This document shows, piece after piece, positions 1-10,018 of a DNA stretch of 64,000 bases. The stretch's first letter is position 1. Every line of letters starts with the position of its first letter. The translations under genes and the position numbers were made by a program. This DNA comes from an uncultured Veillonellaceae bacterium. GTDB taxonomy: Bacteria; Bacillota; Negativicutes; JARBTT01. The stretch is taken from assembly GCA_963805085.1 (NCBI GenBank), contig CAWDTA010000001.1, forward strand, positions 160,001 through 224,000. The letters run 5' to 3'. The notes under the pieces are model-generated. The model was not told where the DNA came from and searched no databases. It worked only from the letters and a program-made list of their open reading frames with translations.

Positions 1-680
1 ATGGTTTCAATTTGATTTGACTCTAAGACGATATTAGGATCAATATTTGCAGTTTTTAATTTCTGTAATACTAAATTACGTAGATAAGAGCCTTCTTTTA
101 ACATAATCAAATCAATTTCTGATAAATCAGAAATCGCAAGCGAAGACTTCTCAGCAAGCGGACTTTGTAGTGGTACACAAGCTAAAATTTGATTTGTTGA
201 CATAGGCAATAATTGTAAATTTTGTGAAGCTCCTGAAATAATAACGATACCAAAATCCAATTCATCGCGTTCTAGCTGTTCGCGAATCGCCATAGAACCT
301 TCCTCATATAGATAGATATCTAAGTGTGAATAACGGCGTTGGAAGCTTGAAAATATTTTTGGAAATAAATAAGCACCAATCATAGAAGGAATACCAATTT
401 TAATAGTACCTTTCTGTAATTGCTTGTAATCATTTACTTCTATTACAGCATCTTGGATATTGCGCAATGCGAGTTCAATACGATTTAAGAACACTGCTCC
501 CTCTGGTGTTAAGGATAGCTGCTTTTGACTACGGTCAAATAGTTGAATGCCAAGTTCGGCCTCAAGCTTTTTTACAGCAACGGTAATATTTGGTTGAGAT
601 ACACGTAGCCTTTCTGCAGCACGTGTAATGTTTTTTAAGCGGCTAGCCATTTGAAAATATTCTAATTGTCGTAATTCCAT
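1..680 (-). CDS. LysR-family transcriptional regulator (3' end runs off the window)
   Basis: Not in the ORF track. Manual translation from ATG at 680 gives MELRQLEYFQMASRLKNITRAAERLRVSQPNITVAVKKLEAELGIQLFDR, a canonical LysR HTH. GGAGAG RBS upstream. Confidence 0.92.
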   Translation of the reverse strand, partial: MELRQLEYFQMASRLKNITRAAERLRVSQPNITVAVKKLEAELGIQLFDRSQKQLSLTPEGAVFLNRIELALRNIQDAVIEVNDYKQLQKGTIKIGIPSMIGAYLFPKIFSSFQRRYSHLDIYLYEEGSMAIREQLERDELDFGIVIISGASQNLQLLPMSTNQILACVPLQSPLAEKSSLAISDLSEIDLIMLKEGSYLRNLVLQKLKTANIDPNIVLESNQIET

Positions 681-1001
681 CTTTTCTCTCCATTATCTAT
701 TGTCATTTATAGTATATAATAACCCATGATTATTTAAGTATTATTATATCATATTTTAAACCAATATTATTAAATGATATTGGTTTAATTTGCATAAAAA
801 TATTAAAAAAGTGTAAAACAATATAATAATATATAATATTATCATAAATTATTATAATAAGCCACTATTTTTATAATATTGTGTAATTTATGATAAGTAT
901 AAAATTTTTACGGTTTTGTTTATACTACGTTTTATGCCTAGTTTCTTATATTTTTTATTTAGAAAAGCTAATATAATATTGTTTGATTAATTGTTGCTAG
1001 A

Positions 1002-1030
1002 GTATAAAAAAATAAGATCAGTACATACTA
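1002..1030 (+). promoter_or_regulatory. SigG-like forespore promoter upstream of the truncated SASP gene
   Basis: GTATA-N17-CATACTA matches the B. subtilis sigma-G consensus (GNATR-N17/18-CATNNTA) and lies 40 bp upstream of a SASP start. Confidence 0.6.
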
Positions 1031-1070
1031 TGAATGGCAATCTAAAATCAACGATTGGAGGCGACTGTGT

Positions 1071-1172
1071 ATGGCAAAGGTTATGTCAGAAAAAATGAAA
1101 TATCAGTTAGCAAACGATTTAGGTTTTGGTGATAAAGTTGCCGATCATGATTGGTCTGATGTTACTGTATAA
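1071..1172 (+). pseudogene. 5' half of an interrupted small acid-soluble spore protein (SspF-like) gene
   Basis: GGAGG RBS. Translates MAKVMSEKMKYQLANDLGFGDKVADHDWSDVTV*, colinear with the N-terminal half of the intact paralog at 1255 and stopping directly after the 17-bp repeat. Confidence 0.85.
1150..1166 (+). repeat. 17-bp direct repeat, left copy (ATTGGTCTGATGTTACT)
   Basis: Identical to 3876-3892. Confidence 0.9.
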
Positions 1173-1254
1173 CCTTTTTATAAATGAATAGCATGTGACA
1201 TAACAGTAAATAATATACGTAGGCTTCTAAAATCAATGATGGAGGTGGCTGTAT

Positions 1255-1458
1255 ATGGGAAAAGTTATGTCGGAAGAAACGAAATATAAATTAGCTCATG
1301 ATCTTGGATTTGGTGAGAAGGTCGAAGACGGAAATTGGGACGACGTTACGACGGGCGAAATAGGTTCTATGGTTAGAGAAGCTATAAAGCGTGGTAGCGA
1401 AGCAGTTGAAAAAGAAACACAAATCGAAAGTGGTTTAGCTCATCAAAATATTAAATAA
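1255..1458 (+). CDS. Small acid-soluble spore protein, alpha/beta-type (SspF-like)
   Basis: 67 aa with KYKLAHDLGF...W..VT.GEIGSMV motifs of SASP-family proteins. GGAGG RBS. Confidence 0.85.
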   Translation: MGKVMSEETKYKLAHDLGFGEKVEDGNWDDVTTGEIGSMVREAIKRGSEAVEKETQIESGLAHQNIK

Positions 1459-1460
1459 AT

Positions 1461-1504
1461 AATAAATGACCTGAAATTCATAACTGGATTTCAGGTCATT
1501 TATT
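1461..1504 (+). terminator. Intrinsic terminator after the SASP gene
   Basis: AATAAATGACCTGAAAT / ATTTCAGGTCATTTATT inverted repeat. Confidence 0.8.
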
Positions 1505-1777
1505 GCATAATATGGCATGGTTGTCATGTTTTCTAAGGTATCATCTGTATTAAGCAAATATGTCACTGGTGGTATCTATTTTAAGTTTACATTTAGATAA
1601 TTACCAAAACTTAATTAGGTGCTTTGGTAATTAATCTCTTTTTAAAATCAACTCTAGACCAAGAAAGTGCTTAGGCTGGGAATCGCCTATTTAAGTATTT
1701 TTACTCGAAGTGGCGCACGTGGCTTGACGATTCATCATCTTTTTGAGGTCGTTATAAAATGTATAAAAATTGACACT

Positions 1778-2662
1778 TTATGAAGTTTTGTAAATTTGCT
1801 TAGTAATTTCAATGAACCCTTTTATTTCATTCCTTTCATTGCTCTTATGCCATGCAATTCCATAAGAAATTAAATTTCTTACATCCAGGGGAATGATGGA
1901 TAGTTGAGAATCTTCTGGACATACAAAGTTTGGCATCACCGCTATGCCCAGTCTTCCTTTAATCATGGTATAAGCGATGAAGGAACTGTCACCAAAATAA
2001 ACAGTGGCATTAGGACATTTTATTTGGATATCTTTTTGTACACGCGCCATTTCAGAGGGACATTTTAAAGGGTCTAGTAGAATAAGGGACTGATCCTTCA
2101 ATTCAGCCATTTTAATAACAGTTTTGCTAGATAATGGATGGTCTTTAGGTGCCACACAGACAAATCTTCCAATAAAAAGTTCTGCGTAACCAACCTCTGA
2201 TAAATCTTCAATACTTTCTTTGACAGTAAAAATCAAATCGAAATTATAATTTGTAAATAGATTTCTTTTTTCCTTAGAATCAGCTATTTTTAAATAAAAA
2301 TGTACGTGAGGAAATCTTTCCCTGCAGGCATCTAATATGTTTGGAAGGTATTTTACCTCGATATTTCCGTCATAACAAACTGATAAATTAGATTCAAATG
2401 CCTTAGAGTAGTTTTTGGCCTTTGCTATTGCTATGTTTGTTCTTGTTAGAATATCTTTTATATCATTATAGAAGGAAACGCCTGCTGGAGTAAGGTCCAC
2501 TTTTCTCTTTGTTCTAATAAATAATTTTAATTTAAGTTCATCTTCCAGAGTATTAATCTGATGGGTAACAGTAGGTTGAGTGATATATAAAGATTCTGCA
2601 GTTCTAGAAAAATTAAGAGTTTCAGCTAGATGAACAAAACATCCGAGTTGTTTAATATGCAT
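1778..2662 (-). CDS. LysR-family transcriptional regulator
   Basis: MHIKQLGCFVHLAETLNFSRTAESLYITQPTVTHQI HTH. AGGAG RBS favours the 2662 start. Divergent from the NmrA-like gene. Confidence 0.93.
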   Translation of the reverse strand: MHIKQLGCFVHLAETLNFSRTAESLYITQPTVTHQINTLEDELKLKLFIRTKRKVDLTPAGVSFYNDIKDILTRTNIAIAKAKNYSKAFESNLSVCYDGNIEVKYLPNILDACRERFPHVHFYLKIADSKEKRNLFTNYNFDLIFTVKESIEDLSEVGYAELFIGRFVCVAPKDHPLSSKTVIKMAELKDQSLILLDPLKCPSEMARVQKDIQIKCPNATVYFGDSSFIAYTMIKGRLGIAVMPNFVCPEDSQLSIIPLDVRNLISYGIAWHKSNERNEIKGFIEITKQIYKTS

Positions 2663-2859
2663 GTTGACTATTCTCCTGTACTTATAGAAATTATTTATTA
2701 ATAATAACATATTTCAATTTCCGTTCCAAACAGAAAAGCGTTAAGATTAGTAATAAATAAAGGGAAAGTTATTATTTGCTAGAAGGGTTTAAACCCAATT
2801 AATAACTTATTGTATTATTTGTTTATAGCTTTAATAAAAAATAGGCAGGAGGGAAAAAT

Positions 2860-3819
2860 ATGAGATATATTGTTACAGGAGCAGATGGGCAATTAGGTGG
2901 AAGAGTAGCAGCTAACCTACTGAATGAAGTATCTGGAGAACAATTAATTTTTACATGTCCCGTTTTAAATCGGTTATCAAAAGAGAAGGCAGAGGCTTGG
3001 AAAAAACAAAGTGTTGCATTGAGAGAAGCAAACTATGATAACAAGGAGCAAATGACAAAAGCCTTTAAAGGTGGTGATCGTATTTATATTGTATCTGGTG
3101 TAATAATTGGACCAGAACGTGTACAGCAACATAAAAATGTAATTGATGCTGCTATTGCAGCTGGGGTAAGCCATATTACATACACATCATTCTTAGGTGC
3201 TAATCGTGAAGGGTACACTCAATATGTATTACCAGATCATACGGAAACAGAAAAATATTTACGAGAGACTGGCGTAAATTATAATATTATGAGAAATAAC
3301 CTTTATATGGAAAACTACTTAACTAATTCTGTTATGCTAGCTAACATAAGCGACAACAAGTGGGTAACTACAGCAAGTGATGGAAAAGCAACATTTATTG
3401 CAAAAGATGATAGTGGTCGTGTTGCTGCTGCATTATTATTAGGTAAAGGAGAGCATAATAAGGATTATGATGTAACAGGTGGAGAATTGATCAGCCAGCG
3501 TGAAATCTGTAAGATGATTATTGAAGCATCAGGTATTGATTATGAATATGTGATAGTTAATAATGATGAATTTTATAAGTATTTGGATTCAATATATATT
3601 CCTCGTGATTCACATGGAGATTACTCAAAATCACCTGTTCCATGGTGTAGTAATGACATGGTAACTAATGAATCAAGTATTAGAGATGGTTTAATGGCAA
3701 TTAAAACAGATACAGTTGAAAAATTGACAGGTAGAAAACCATTGCGCGTTTGTGACCTAATAGATAAATATAGCTATGTATGGAAAGAAAAAGTAAGTAG
3801 CTATTGGGAATTAAGATAA
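2860..3819 (+). CDS. NmrA/atypical SDR family NAD(P)H-binding oxidoreductase (QOR2/YtfG-like)
   Basis: N-terminal VTGADGQLG Rossmann motif, plus QHKNVIDAAIAAGVSHITYTS and H..TE.YL motifs. Confidence 0.85.
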   Translation: MRYIVTGADGQLGGRVAANLLNEVSGEQLIFTCPVLNRLSKEKAEAWKKQSVALREANYDNKEQMTKAFKGGDRIYIVSGVIIGPERVQQHKNVIDAAIAAGVSHITYTSFLGANREGYTQYVLPDHTETEKYLRETGVNYNIMRNNLYMENYLTNSVMLANISDNKWVTTASDGKATFIAKDDSGRVAAALLLGKGEHNKDYDVTGGELISQREICKMIIEASGIDYEYVIVNNDEFYKYLDSIYIPRDSHGDYSKSPVPWCSNDMVTNESSIRDGLMAIKTDTVEKLTGRKPLRVCDLIDKYSYVWKEKVSSYWELR

Positions 3820-3875
3820 ATCACAACACGCATGATCTACTTGGTATGTTCAAAAAGGTTATTCAGAAACATCTC

Positions 3876-3892
3876 ATTGGTCTGATGTTACT
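3876..3892 (+). repeat. 17-bp direct repeat, right copy (ATTGGTCTGATGTTACT)
   Basis: Identical to 1150-1166. Confidence 0.9.
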
Positions 3893-3943
3893 ACAGGGGA
3901 AATTGGATCAATGGTATGTCGAATCAATATACAAAATAAATGA
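3878..3943 (+). pseudogene. 3' part of the interrupted SASP gene
   Basis: Reads WSDVTTGEIGSMVCRINIQNK*. DVTTGEIGSMV is identical to the intact paralog. No start codon or RBS of its own. Confidence 0.8.
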
Positions 3944-3945
3944 AC

Positions 3946-3988
3946 AAAAATAGCCCCAAAGTTATAAATGAACTTTGGGGCTATTTTT
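3946..3988 (+). terminator. Intrinsic terminator
   Basis: AAAAATAGCCCCAAAGTT / AACTTTGGGGCTATTTTT. Confidence 0.85.
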
Positions 3989-4433
3989 ATAGATAAAGAC
4001 TGAGAACAACTTCGCTTTAAATATTATATTAAATAACTTAAGTGAAAAGTGTCTATTTATGTAAATGAAATAATAATGCTAATAGTTAAATGTGGTAATT
4101 ATTAGTAGAATGATCGGAAGAAATAGCGTATTCGTGGTAGTAAAACGGTTGAAACATTGTGCCTGTCGCTTGATTACTTTTTTGAAAGAAAATATTCTAA
4201 GTGATTTTAACTATAGACGAAACGAATACCAAACATGCGATATATGAATTTTACGAATGCGTTTATTTCTTGTATAATCTGAACATAAAGGAATCCGTGT
4301 TTTACATTTTGCACATTATTGGCGATATTATTGTAATAATGATTAATGAAAGTGGCGATACGGTTCTTTTATCTATGATTTTAGTCATACATAAACTAAT
4401 TTTTATACTTGTTATTTGTAGCAATGGAGAGGA

Positions 4434-5630
4434 ATGATAGCAATGTTAACAAAAATGGCTTTAAAACTAGCCTTAAAACAGTGGAAAAAAGGTGGATTTT
4501 CTGTGGCTTTTTGGGATGGAGAGGAAGAAAACTATGGTGAGGCTCCTCCGTCTTTCAAGATAATTTTTCATAAAGAACCTCCCTTAAAACTTAATAGTGC
4601 AGACATGATTTTAGCTATCGGGGAAGCTTATATGAATGGACTTGTCGACTTCGAAGGATCAATGGATGATATTATGCATGTAGTTGCGCTTAATACCAAG
4701 CCAGAGCGATCGCAAAAGTATAGTCACTTTGTAGGCGATAGGGCCAACTGTAAAATTCAGAAGGAAAATATCCATCGTCATTATGATTTAGGAAATGACT
4801 TCTTTTCGCTTTGGCTGGACAAGACAATGAGTTATTCCTGCGCGTATTTTAAGACACCAGAGGATTCCTTGGAACAGGCGCAATTGCAAAAAATTGATCA
4901 TATTCTTAAAAAACTGAATCTTAAGCCTGGTGAAAGATTATTAGATATTGGCTGTGGCTGGGGCTGGCTGATTATCAGGGCTGCACAGCAGTATAATGTG
5001 AAAGCTACCGGAATTACATTGAGTACCGAACAATTTGCCGCAGTAACAGAACGGATAAAGAAATTAGGTTTGGAAGATCAATTGGAAGTTAAATTGATTA
5101 ACTATCAGGAACTTGATTCTGCGAAACTGCAATTTGATAAAATTGTAAGCGTAGGTATGTTTGAACATGTAGGAAAGGGAAACTTGGGCTGTTATATGAA
5201 TAAGGTTAACGAGCTTTTGGTGCCCGGTGGCATATCCTTGCTGCATAGCATTACTGGCATGTTTGAAGATTCTGCCAATACATGGATGGAAAGGTATATT
5301 TTCCCTGAAGGTTATGCGCCATCATTGCGTGAAACAGTTTGGCTATTGCCGCAATATGATTTTCATCTAATACATGCGGAAAGTTTACGTATGCATTATG
5401 CGAGGACTTTGGATTATTGGTACGTTAATTTTTCCAAACAGTTAGATACGGTTCGCCACATGTTTGATGAATGCTTCATTCGTATGTGGTCACTCTATTT
5501 ACAAGGCTGCGCTGCTGCCTTTCGGACATCGGGCCTTGATGTCTATCAACTGCTCTTCACCAAAGGGTTAAATAATGAACTGCCGCTAACTAATGCCCAC
5601 ATGTACAGTGAATACACGAAAAGGCAGTAG
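4434..5630 (+). CDS. cfa: Cyclopropane-fatty-acyl-phospholipid synthase
   Basis: HYDLGNDFFSLWLD.TMSYSCAYF, LLDIGCGWG SAM motif, VSVGMFEHVG, RMWSLYL. Confidence 0.95.
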   Translation: MIAMLTKMALKLALKQWKKGGFSVAFWDGEEENYGEAPPSFKIIFHKEPPLKLNSADMILAIGEAYMNGLVDFEGSMDDIMHVVALNTKPERSQKYSHFVGDRANCKIQKENIHRHYDLGNDFFSLWLDKTMSYSCAYFKTPEDSLEQAQLQKIDHILKKLNLKPGERLLDIGCGWGWLIIRAAQQYNVKATGITLSTEQFAAVTERIKKLGLEDQLEVKLINYQELDSAKLQFDKIVSVGMFEHVGKGNLGCYMNKVNELLVPGGISLLHSITGMFEDSANTWMERYIFPEGYAPSLRETVWLLPQYDFHLIHAESLRMHYARTLDYWYVNFSKQLDTVRHMFDECFIRMWSLYLQGCAAAFRTSGLDVYQLLFTKGLNNELPLTNAHMYSEYTKRQ

Positions 5631-5646
5631 ACAAAATAAGTTCATG

Positions 5647-5688
5647 AAAACAGCGTCGAAGTTTATTTATAACTTCGACGCTGTTTTT
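5647..5688 (+). terminator. Intrinsic terminator after cfa
   Basis: AAAACAGCGTCGAAGTT / AACTTCGACGCTGTTTTT. Confidence 0.85.
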
Positions 5689-6086
5689 ATATAGAAAAAT
5701 AGGTAGTATCTTATTCGAAGTTGTTTAATGCAATCAATGATTGCATTCCCAGATACATAATACGATAAAAAATAATAACCATTTATTGCAAATTAAAGAT
5801 AAATACTATATAAATCCTAGCATAATTTTGTATTTTTATAGGTATAAAGTTCGAATAATGCTAACTTTTGCAGGATAATTAGAATAAATAGCGTATCTGT
5901 AATTATATGATTTACTTCTATTTTGTGGTAGGTCAAATATTTTTAAGGATAAAAATATTAAAAGGACTAATTGGTTTATCATAAGTGCTGTTAGGCTTTA
6001 TTTCCTATTTTTTTTCTACATATAGACAATGGGATTTATAAAATGATAAAATTAATTAGTGTTTCTAGTAGAGGAGGACATTTATT

Positions 6087-6872
6087 TTGCAAAATACAAC
6101 AGCAATTGGTGTAGTTTTGGGGGTACTTTCAGTTTTCGTAGGAATGGTTCTTAAAGGTGCGCCATTATCGGCCTTGAATAATCCAGCAGCATTTTTGATT
6201 ATTATTGGTGGTACAGTTGCGTGCTTGTTTACTGGTCATACAATGGAACAAATGAAAAGGATGCCAACATTAATTAAAATGGCATTTAAAGCGCCAAACA
6301 CACGTCCAAAAGCAGAGTTATTGAAGCTATTTATTGAATTGTCACAAATAGCAAGACGTGAAGGAATTTTGGCTCTTGAAAATAAAGTGAATGAAATTGA
6401 AGATCCATTTTTTAAAACTGGTTTAAATATGGTTATTGATGGTATGGATCCAGAATTTGTTAGTGATGTCCTTGATGCAGAATTAGAAGTTATGGAGCAA
6501 CGGCATCGAGAAGGGGCGGCTATGTTTATCCAAGGGGGTACTTATGCACCAACACTAGGGGTGTTAGGGGCTGTTATTGGTCTTATTGCTGCACTTGGTA
6601 ATTTAAATGATATCGAAAAACTTGGGCATTCTATTGCAGCAGCGTTTATCGCTACCTTACTTGGTATTTATACAGGATATGTTATTTGGCTACCGTTTGC
6701 TAATAAATTAAAAATGTTATCGACAGTAGAAGTTGCAGAAAAGCGCATGATTATAGAAGGTGTATTATCGTTGCAAGCAGGCGATTCACCGACGGCAATT
6801 GAAGCAAAATTAATGGTATTTATTCCTCAAAATGAACGCGATTTATTAAAAGCGGACAAAGAGAGGGAATAA
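6087..6872 (+). CDS. motA: Flagellar stator protein MotA
   Basis: ARREGILALE, APTLGVLGAVIGLI, AAAFIATLLG. TTG start with GAGGAGG RBS. Confidence 0.95.
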   Translation: MQNTTAIGVVLGVLSVFVGMVLKGAPLSALNNPAAFLIIIGGTVACLFTGHTMEQMKRMPTLIKMAFKAPNTRPKAELLKLFIELSQIARREGILALENKVNEIEDPFFKTGLNMVIDGMDPEFVSDVLDAELEVMEQRHREGAAMFIQGGTYAPTLGVLGAVIGLIAALGNLNDIEKLGHSIAAAFIATLLGIYTGYVIWLPFANKLKMLSTVEVAEKRMIIEGVLSLQAGDSPTAIEAKLMVFIPQNERDLLKADKERE

Positions 6873-6875
6873 ATT

Positions 6876-7640
6876 ATGTCTAGAAGGAAAAAACGTGAGC
6901 ATCATGAAGAACATATTAGTGAAGCGTGGCTTGTTCCGTACGCTGATATTTTAACATTGTTATTAGCATTGTTTATTGTATTGTTTGCCACATCTCAAAC
7001 AGATCAAAGGAAATTGACGGAGATGGCACAGGCTTTTAGTGCTGCATTTAATACGGGGGGGCCTTCGGTATTTGATAAAGCTGGACCTACGCCAAGTCAA
7101 TCTTCAGATACTCCGCCAGATAAAACGAAAGATCAGGATCAGAAATATCTAGCAGAAAATGAACAATTAAATGAAACAAAGAAAATGCTTGAACAAATGA
7201 TTAAAGAGCAAAAATTAAGTGATGAATTAAGTGCAGTACTTACCGATGAAGGATTGTCAATTCGGATTAAAGAAAAAGCGCTATTTCCATCCGGCAGTGC
7301 AACATTGTTATCACATTCTATGGAAATAGGCAAGCCAATTGCGGAGTTACTGTCGAAGGTACCACAAAAGATTGTTATTTCTGGGCATACGGATAATATG
7401 CCAATTTCCAATTCGACATTTCCGTCTAACTGGGATTTAAGTTCGCAACGGTCACTCAATTTTATGAAGTTCATTTTAACACAAGGCAATTTAGATCCAT
7501 CACGGTTTAGTACGGTTGGGCATGGAGAGTTCCGTCCGATCGCACCGAATGATACGGAAGCTGGTAGAGCGCAAAATAGGCGTGTAGAAATTTTGATTTT
7601 ACGTAATTATCAGTCGAATAATATCAAAACAATTCAGTAA
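6876..7640 (+). CDS. motB: Flagellar stator protein MotB (Bacillus MotB-like, likely H+-coupled)
   Basis: WLVPYADILTLLLALFIVL transmembrane motif with the conserved Asp, and a C-terminal OmpA-like domain (GHTD, NWDLS, NRRVEI). Confidence 0.95.
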   Translation: MSRRKKREHHEEHISEAWLVPYADILTLLLALFIVLFATSQTDQRKLTEMAQAFSAAFNTGGPSVFDKAGPTPSQSSDTPPDKTKDQDQKYLAENEQLNETKKMLEQMIKEQKLSDELSAVLTDEGLSIRIKEKALFPSGSATLLSHSMEIGKPIAELLSKVPQKIVISGHTDNMPISNSTFPSNWDLSSQRSLNFMKFILTQGNLDPSRFSTVGHGEFRPIAPNDTEAGRAQNRRVEILILRNYQSNNIKTIQ

Positions 7641-7649
7641 TAATAAAAG

Positions 7650-7683
7650 TAGAGCTGTTGCAAACTAGATTGCAGCAGCTCTA
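7650..7683 (+). terminator. Hairpin after motB
   Basis: TAGAGCTGTTGCAA / TTGCAGCAGCTCTA, with a weak U-tract. Confidence 0.55.
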
Positions 7684-7720
7684 GTTCTATATTGGAATAG
7701 AGTTACATAGGAGGTTTACT

Positions 7721-8101
7721 ATGATCATTGGAATAGGCACTGATATTATAGAAATTAGTCGCATAAAAAAAGCACTCAAAAATAAACGATTTATCGAAAG
7801 GGTTTTTACTTCTCAAGAGATAATATATTGTGAAAGTAGAGGGGTACAAGCGCCAGCATCTTATGCAGCAAGATTTGCCGGTAAAGAAGCGGTACTTAAG
7901 GCCTTTGGTACAGGATTGGTAGGCGGTACATTATTAGATATTGAAATACTACCAGATGAAAAGGGCTGCCCAAGCGTGCAGTTATATAAGTATTTTGGCC
8001 ATGAGGCAGAAAAGACGGGGGTGACGCGTATTTATATCTCATTGAGCCATGCACTAATGTACGCCACAGCTCAAGTGATTTTTTGGGGGGAGAGCAAATG
8101 A
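7721..8101 (+). CDS. acpS: Holo-[acyl-carrier-protein] synthase
   Basis: GIGTDIIEISRI, AARFAGKEAVLKAFGTG, ISLSH. Confidence 0.95.
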   Translation: MIIGIGTDIIEISRIKKALKNKRFIERVFTSQEIIYCESRGVQAPASYAARFAGKEAVLKAFGTGLVGGTLLDIEILPDEKGCPSVQLYKYFGHEAEKTGVTRIYISLSHALMYATAQVIFWGESK

Positions 8102-9645
8102 AAATTGCAACTGCTGAGCAGATGCGTAAAATTGATCAGCAAACGGTTCATCAATATGGAGTGCCAGAGATTGCTTTGATGGAAAATGCCGGAAGTGAGG
8201 TTTCAAAGGCTGTTGCTCAGATTTTGAAATCTATATCGGGAAAGAAAGTATGCATTTTTGCCGGGAAAGGTAACAATGGTGGCGATGGATTTGTTTCAGC
8301 ACGTCATTTAATCAATCAGAAGGCCAAAATAAAGGTTTTTATTATTGGTGATATTGAGCATATGAAAACGAGTGCAAAAATAAATTTAGATATTCTAAAA
8401 AATATGGGAATAGATATCCTACACGTAGAAAATGATCGTGATTGGGATAAAGTGAAAATTGCGTTAGCTTTTTCGGATTGCTTTGTGGATGCTTTACTTG
8501 GTACCGGTTTTCATGGTACATTATGCCCAGAAATGGAAAAAATCATTAATATGATCAATGGGATGGGAAAACCAATCATTGCTGTTGATATTCCGAGTGG
8601 TGTAGAAGCTGATACTGGTTGTGTACGAACGACAGCCATACAGGCAACGACTACTGTTTCATTTGGACTACCGAAAATGGGGTTGTATCTTTATCCTGGG
8701 GCGGTGCATACTGGCGAAGTTTTAGTAGCAGATATAGGAATTCCTAATGTTTTATTAACAGATGGGAATATAAAGCAAAATATCATCAATACTAGTATGG
8801 TAAAGTCCTTGATTGTGAAGCGTCCTGCTGATGCCCATAAGGGCAATTGTGGTAGAGTTTTAATTGTCGCGGGATCAAATGGCTTGACGGGCGCGGCAGT
8901 ATTGGCTGCTAGTGCTGCGCTAAGAAGTGGTGCCGGTATTGTAACATTAGCCGTAGCTCAGTCCTTGCAAGATGTTGTTGAGACCAAATTAACCGAAGTG
9001 ATGACGTACCCCTTAACAGAGAAAAAAGCAGGGGTAATTGGTGTAACTGCACTACCAGAGTTATTGAATCTTGCACAAAAGTACGATGTCGTTGCAATTG
9101 GTCCAGGAATTGGGCGTGATGCTGATACTTTTGAGCTGGTACGTGAATTTATAAAGCAGATAGATAAACAAGTGGTCATTGATGCGGATGCGATCCAGGC
9201 TTTTTGTGGTAAAGGGAAAGAACTTTCTGCAAGCAAGATGATACCAGTACTGACACCTCATTTGGGTGAGTTTTCAAATTTGGTAGGCGTATCTATTGAG
9301 AAGGTAAAATCTGATATCGTTGGTATTGCTAGAAAAGCGGCAGAAGAGTTTAATTCCATTATTGTGTTAAAGAGTGCGCGAACAGTAGTTGCATATCCAG
9401 ATGGTAATGTATATATTAATATTAGAGGTAATGCTGGTATGGCAACTGCGGGATCAGGAGATGTACTTACAGGCATCATTAGCGGGTTGTTTGCACAGGG
9501 ATTACTTAGTTATAGTGCAGCTGTTGCCGGTGTATTTCTACACTCTTTTGCAGGTGATTTGGCGGCGCAGTCTGGCATGGTTGGTTTGATTGCAAGTGAT
9601 ATTATGCAGGCTTTACCAGCTGCTAGATTTGCTATTAATGAATAA
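8098..9645 (+). CDS. nnr: Bifunctional NAD(P)H-hydrate epimerase/dehydratase (NnrE-NnrD)
   Basis: LMENAG, GKGNNGGDG, DALLGTG, AVDIPSG in the N-terminal domain. HKG..G, LTPHLGE, GMATAGSGDVLTG in the C-terminal domain. Confidence 0.95.
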   Translation: MKIATAEQMRKIDQQTVHQYGVPEIALMENAGSEVSKAVAQILKSISGKKVCIFAGKGNNGGDGFVSARHLINQKAKIKVFIIGDIEHMKTSAKINLDILKNMGIDILHVENDRDWDKVKIALAFSDCFVDALLGTGFHGTLCPEMEKIINMINGMGKPIIAVDIPSGVEADTGCVRTTAIQATTTVSFGLPKMGLYLYPGAVHTGEVLVADIGIPNVLLTDGNIKQNIINTSMVKSLIVKRPADAHKGNCGRVLIVAGSNGLTGAAVLAASAALRSGAGIVTLAVAQSLQDVVETKLTEVMTYPLTEKKAGVIGVTALPELLNLAQKYDVVAIGPGIGRDADTFELVREFIKQIDKQVVIDADAIQAFCGKGKELSASKMIPVLTPHLGEFSNLVGVSIEKVKSDIVGIARKAAEEFNSIIVLKSARTVVAYPDGNVYINIRGNAGMATAGSGDVLTGIISGLFAQGLLSYSAAVAGVFLHSFAGDLAAQSGMVGLIASDIMQALPAARFAINE

Positions 9646-9673
9646 AAATGATGTAGTTCTTTATATAAAAAAG

Positions 9674-9702
9674 TTGACTTTTTGATATAAAAAATCTATA
9701 CT
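9674..9702 (+). promoter_or_regulatory. Sigma-A promoter of the ndoAI-ndoA operon
   Basis: TTGACT-N17-TATACT. Confidence 0.7.
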
Positions 9703-9743
9703 ATTTATAGATTTATTGTGTGGAAACTGCGGGGGTGTAGGCT

Positions 9744-10016
9744 GTGGCTGAATTGAAGCGCATTATGATTAGTATTCCAGATAGCTTATTGCAAGAAATT
9801 GATGGTATTGTTGCCATGGAAAAGTTGAGCCGTAGTCAATTTATGCGTAATGCTATGCGACTATATATTGAGGATCGTAAGCGTAAGGCAATCATAGAAA
9901 ATATGAGAAAAGGATATCAGGAGATGGCGGCAATTAATTTAACATTAGCAGAGGAAGGACTGTATGTTGATGTTGATGTTGTTGAAATGCCTAGCTTGCT
10001 GGTGGAGCGTGAATAG
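9744..10016 (+). CDS. ndoAI: CopG/RHH antitoxin (EndoAI/MazE-like)
   Basis: [39 protein letters not shown]. Directly upstream of the PemK/MazF toxin. Confidence 0.9.
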   Translation: MAELKRIMISIPDSLLQEIDGIVAMEKLSRSQFMRNAMRLYIEDRKRKAIIENMRKGYQEMAAINLTLAEEGLYVDVDVVEMPSLLVERE

Positions 10017-10018
10017 CC

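Noticed and set aside
4201-4437. 78-aa ORF upstream of cfa
   Set aside because: No RBS or recognisable motif. It runs through the AT-rich cfa promoter region and is likely a chance ORF.
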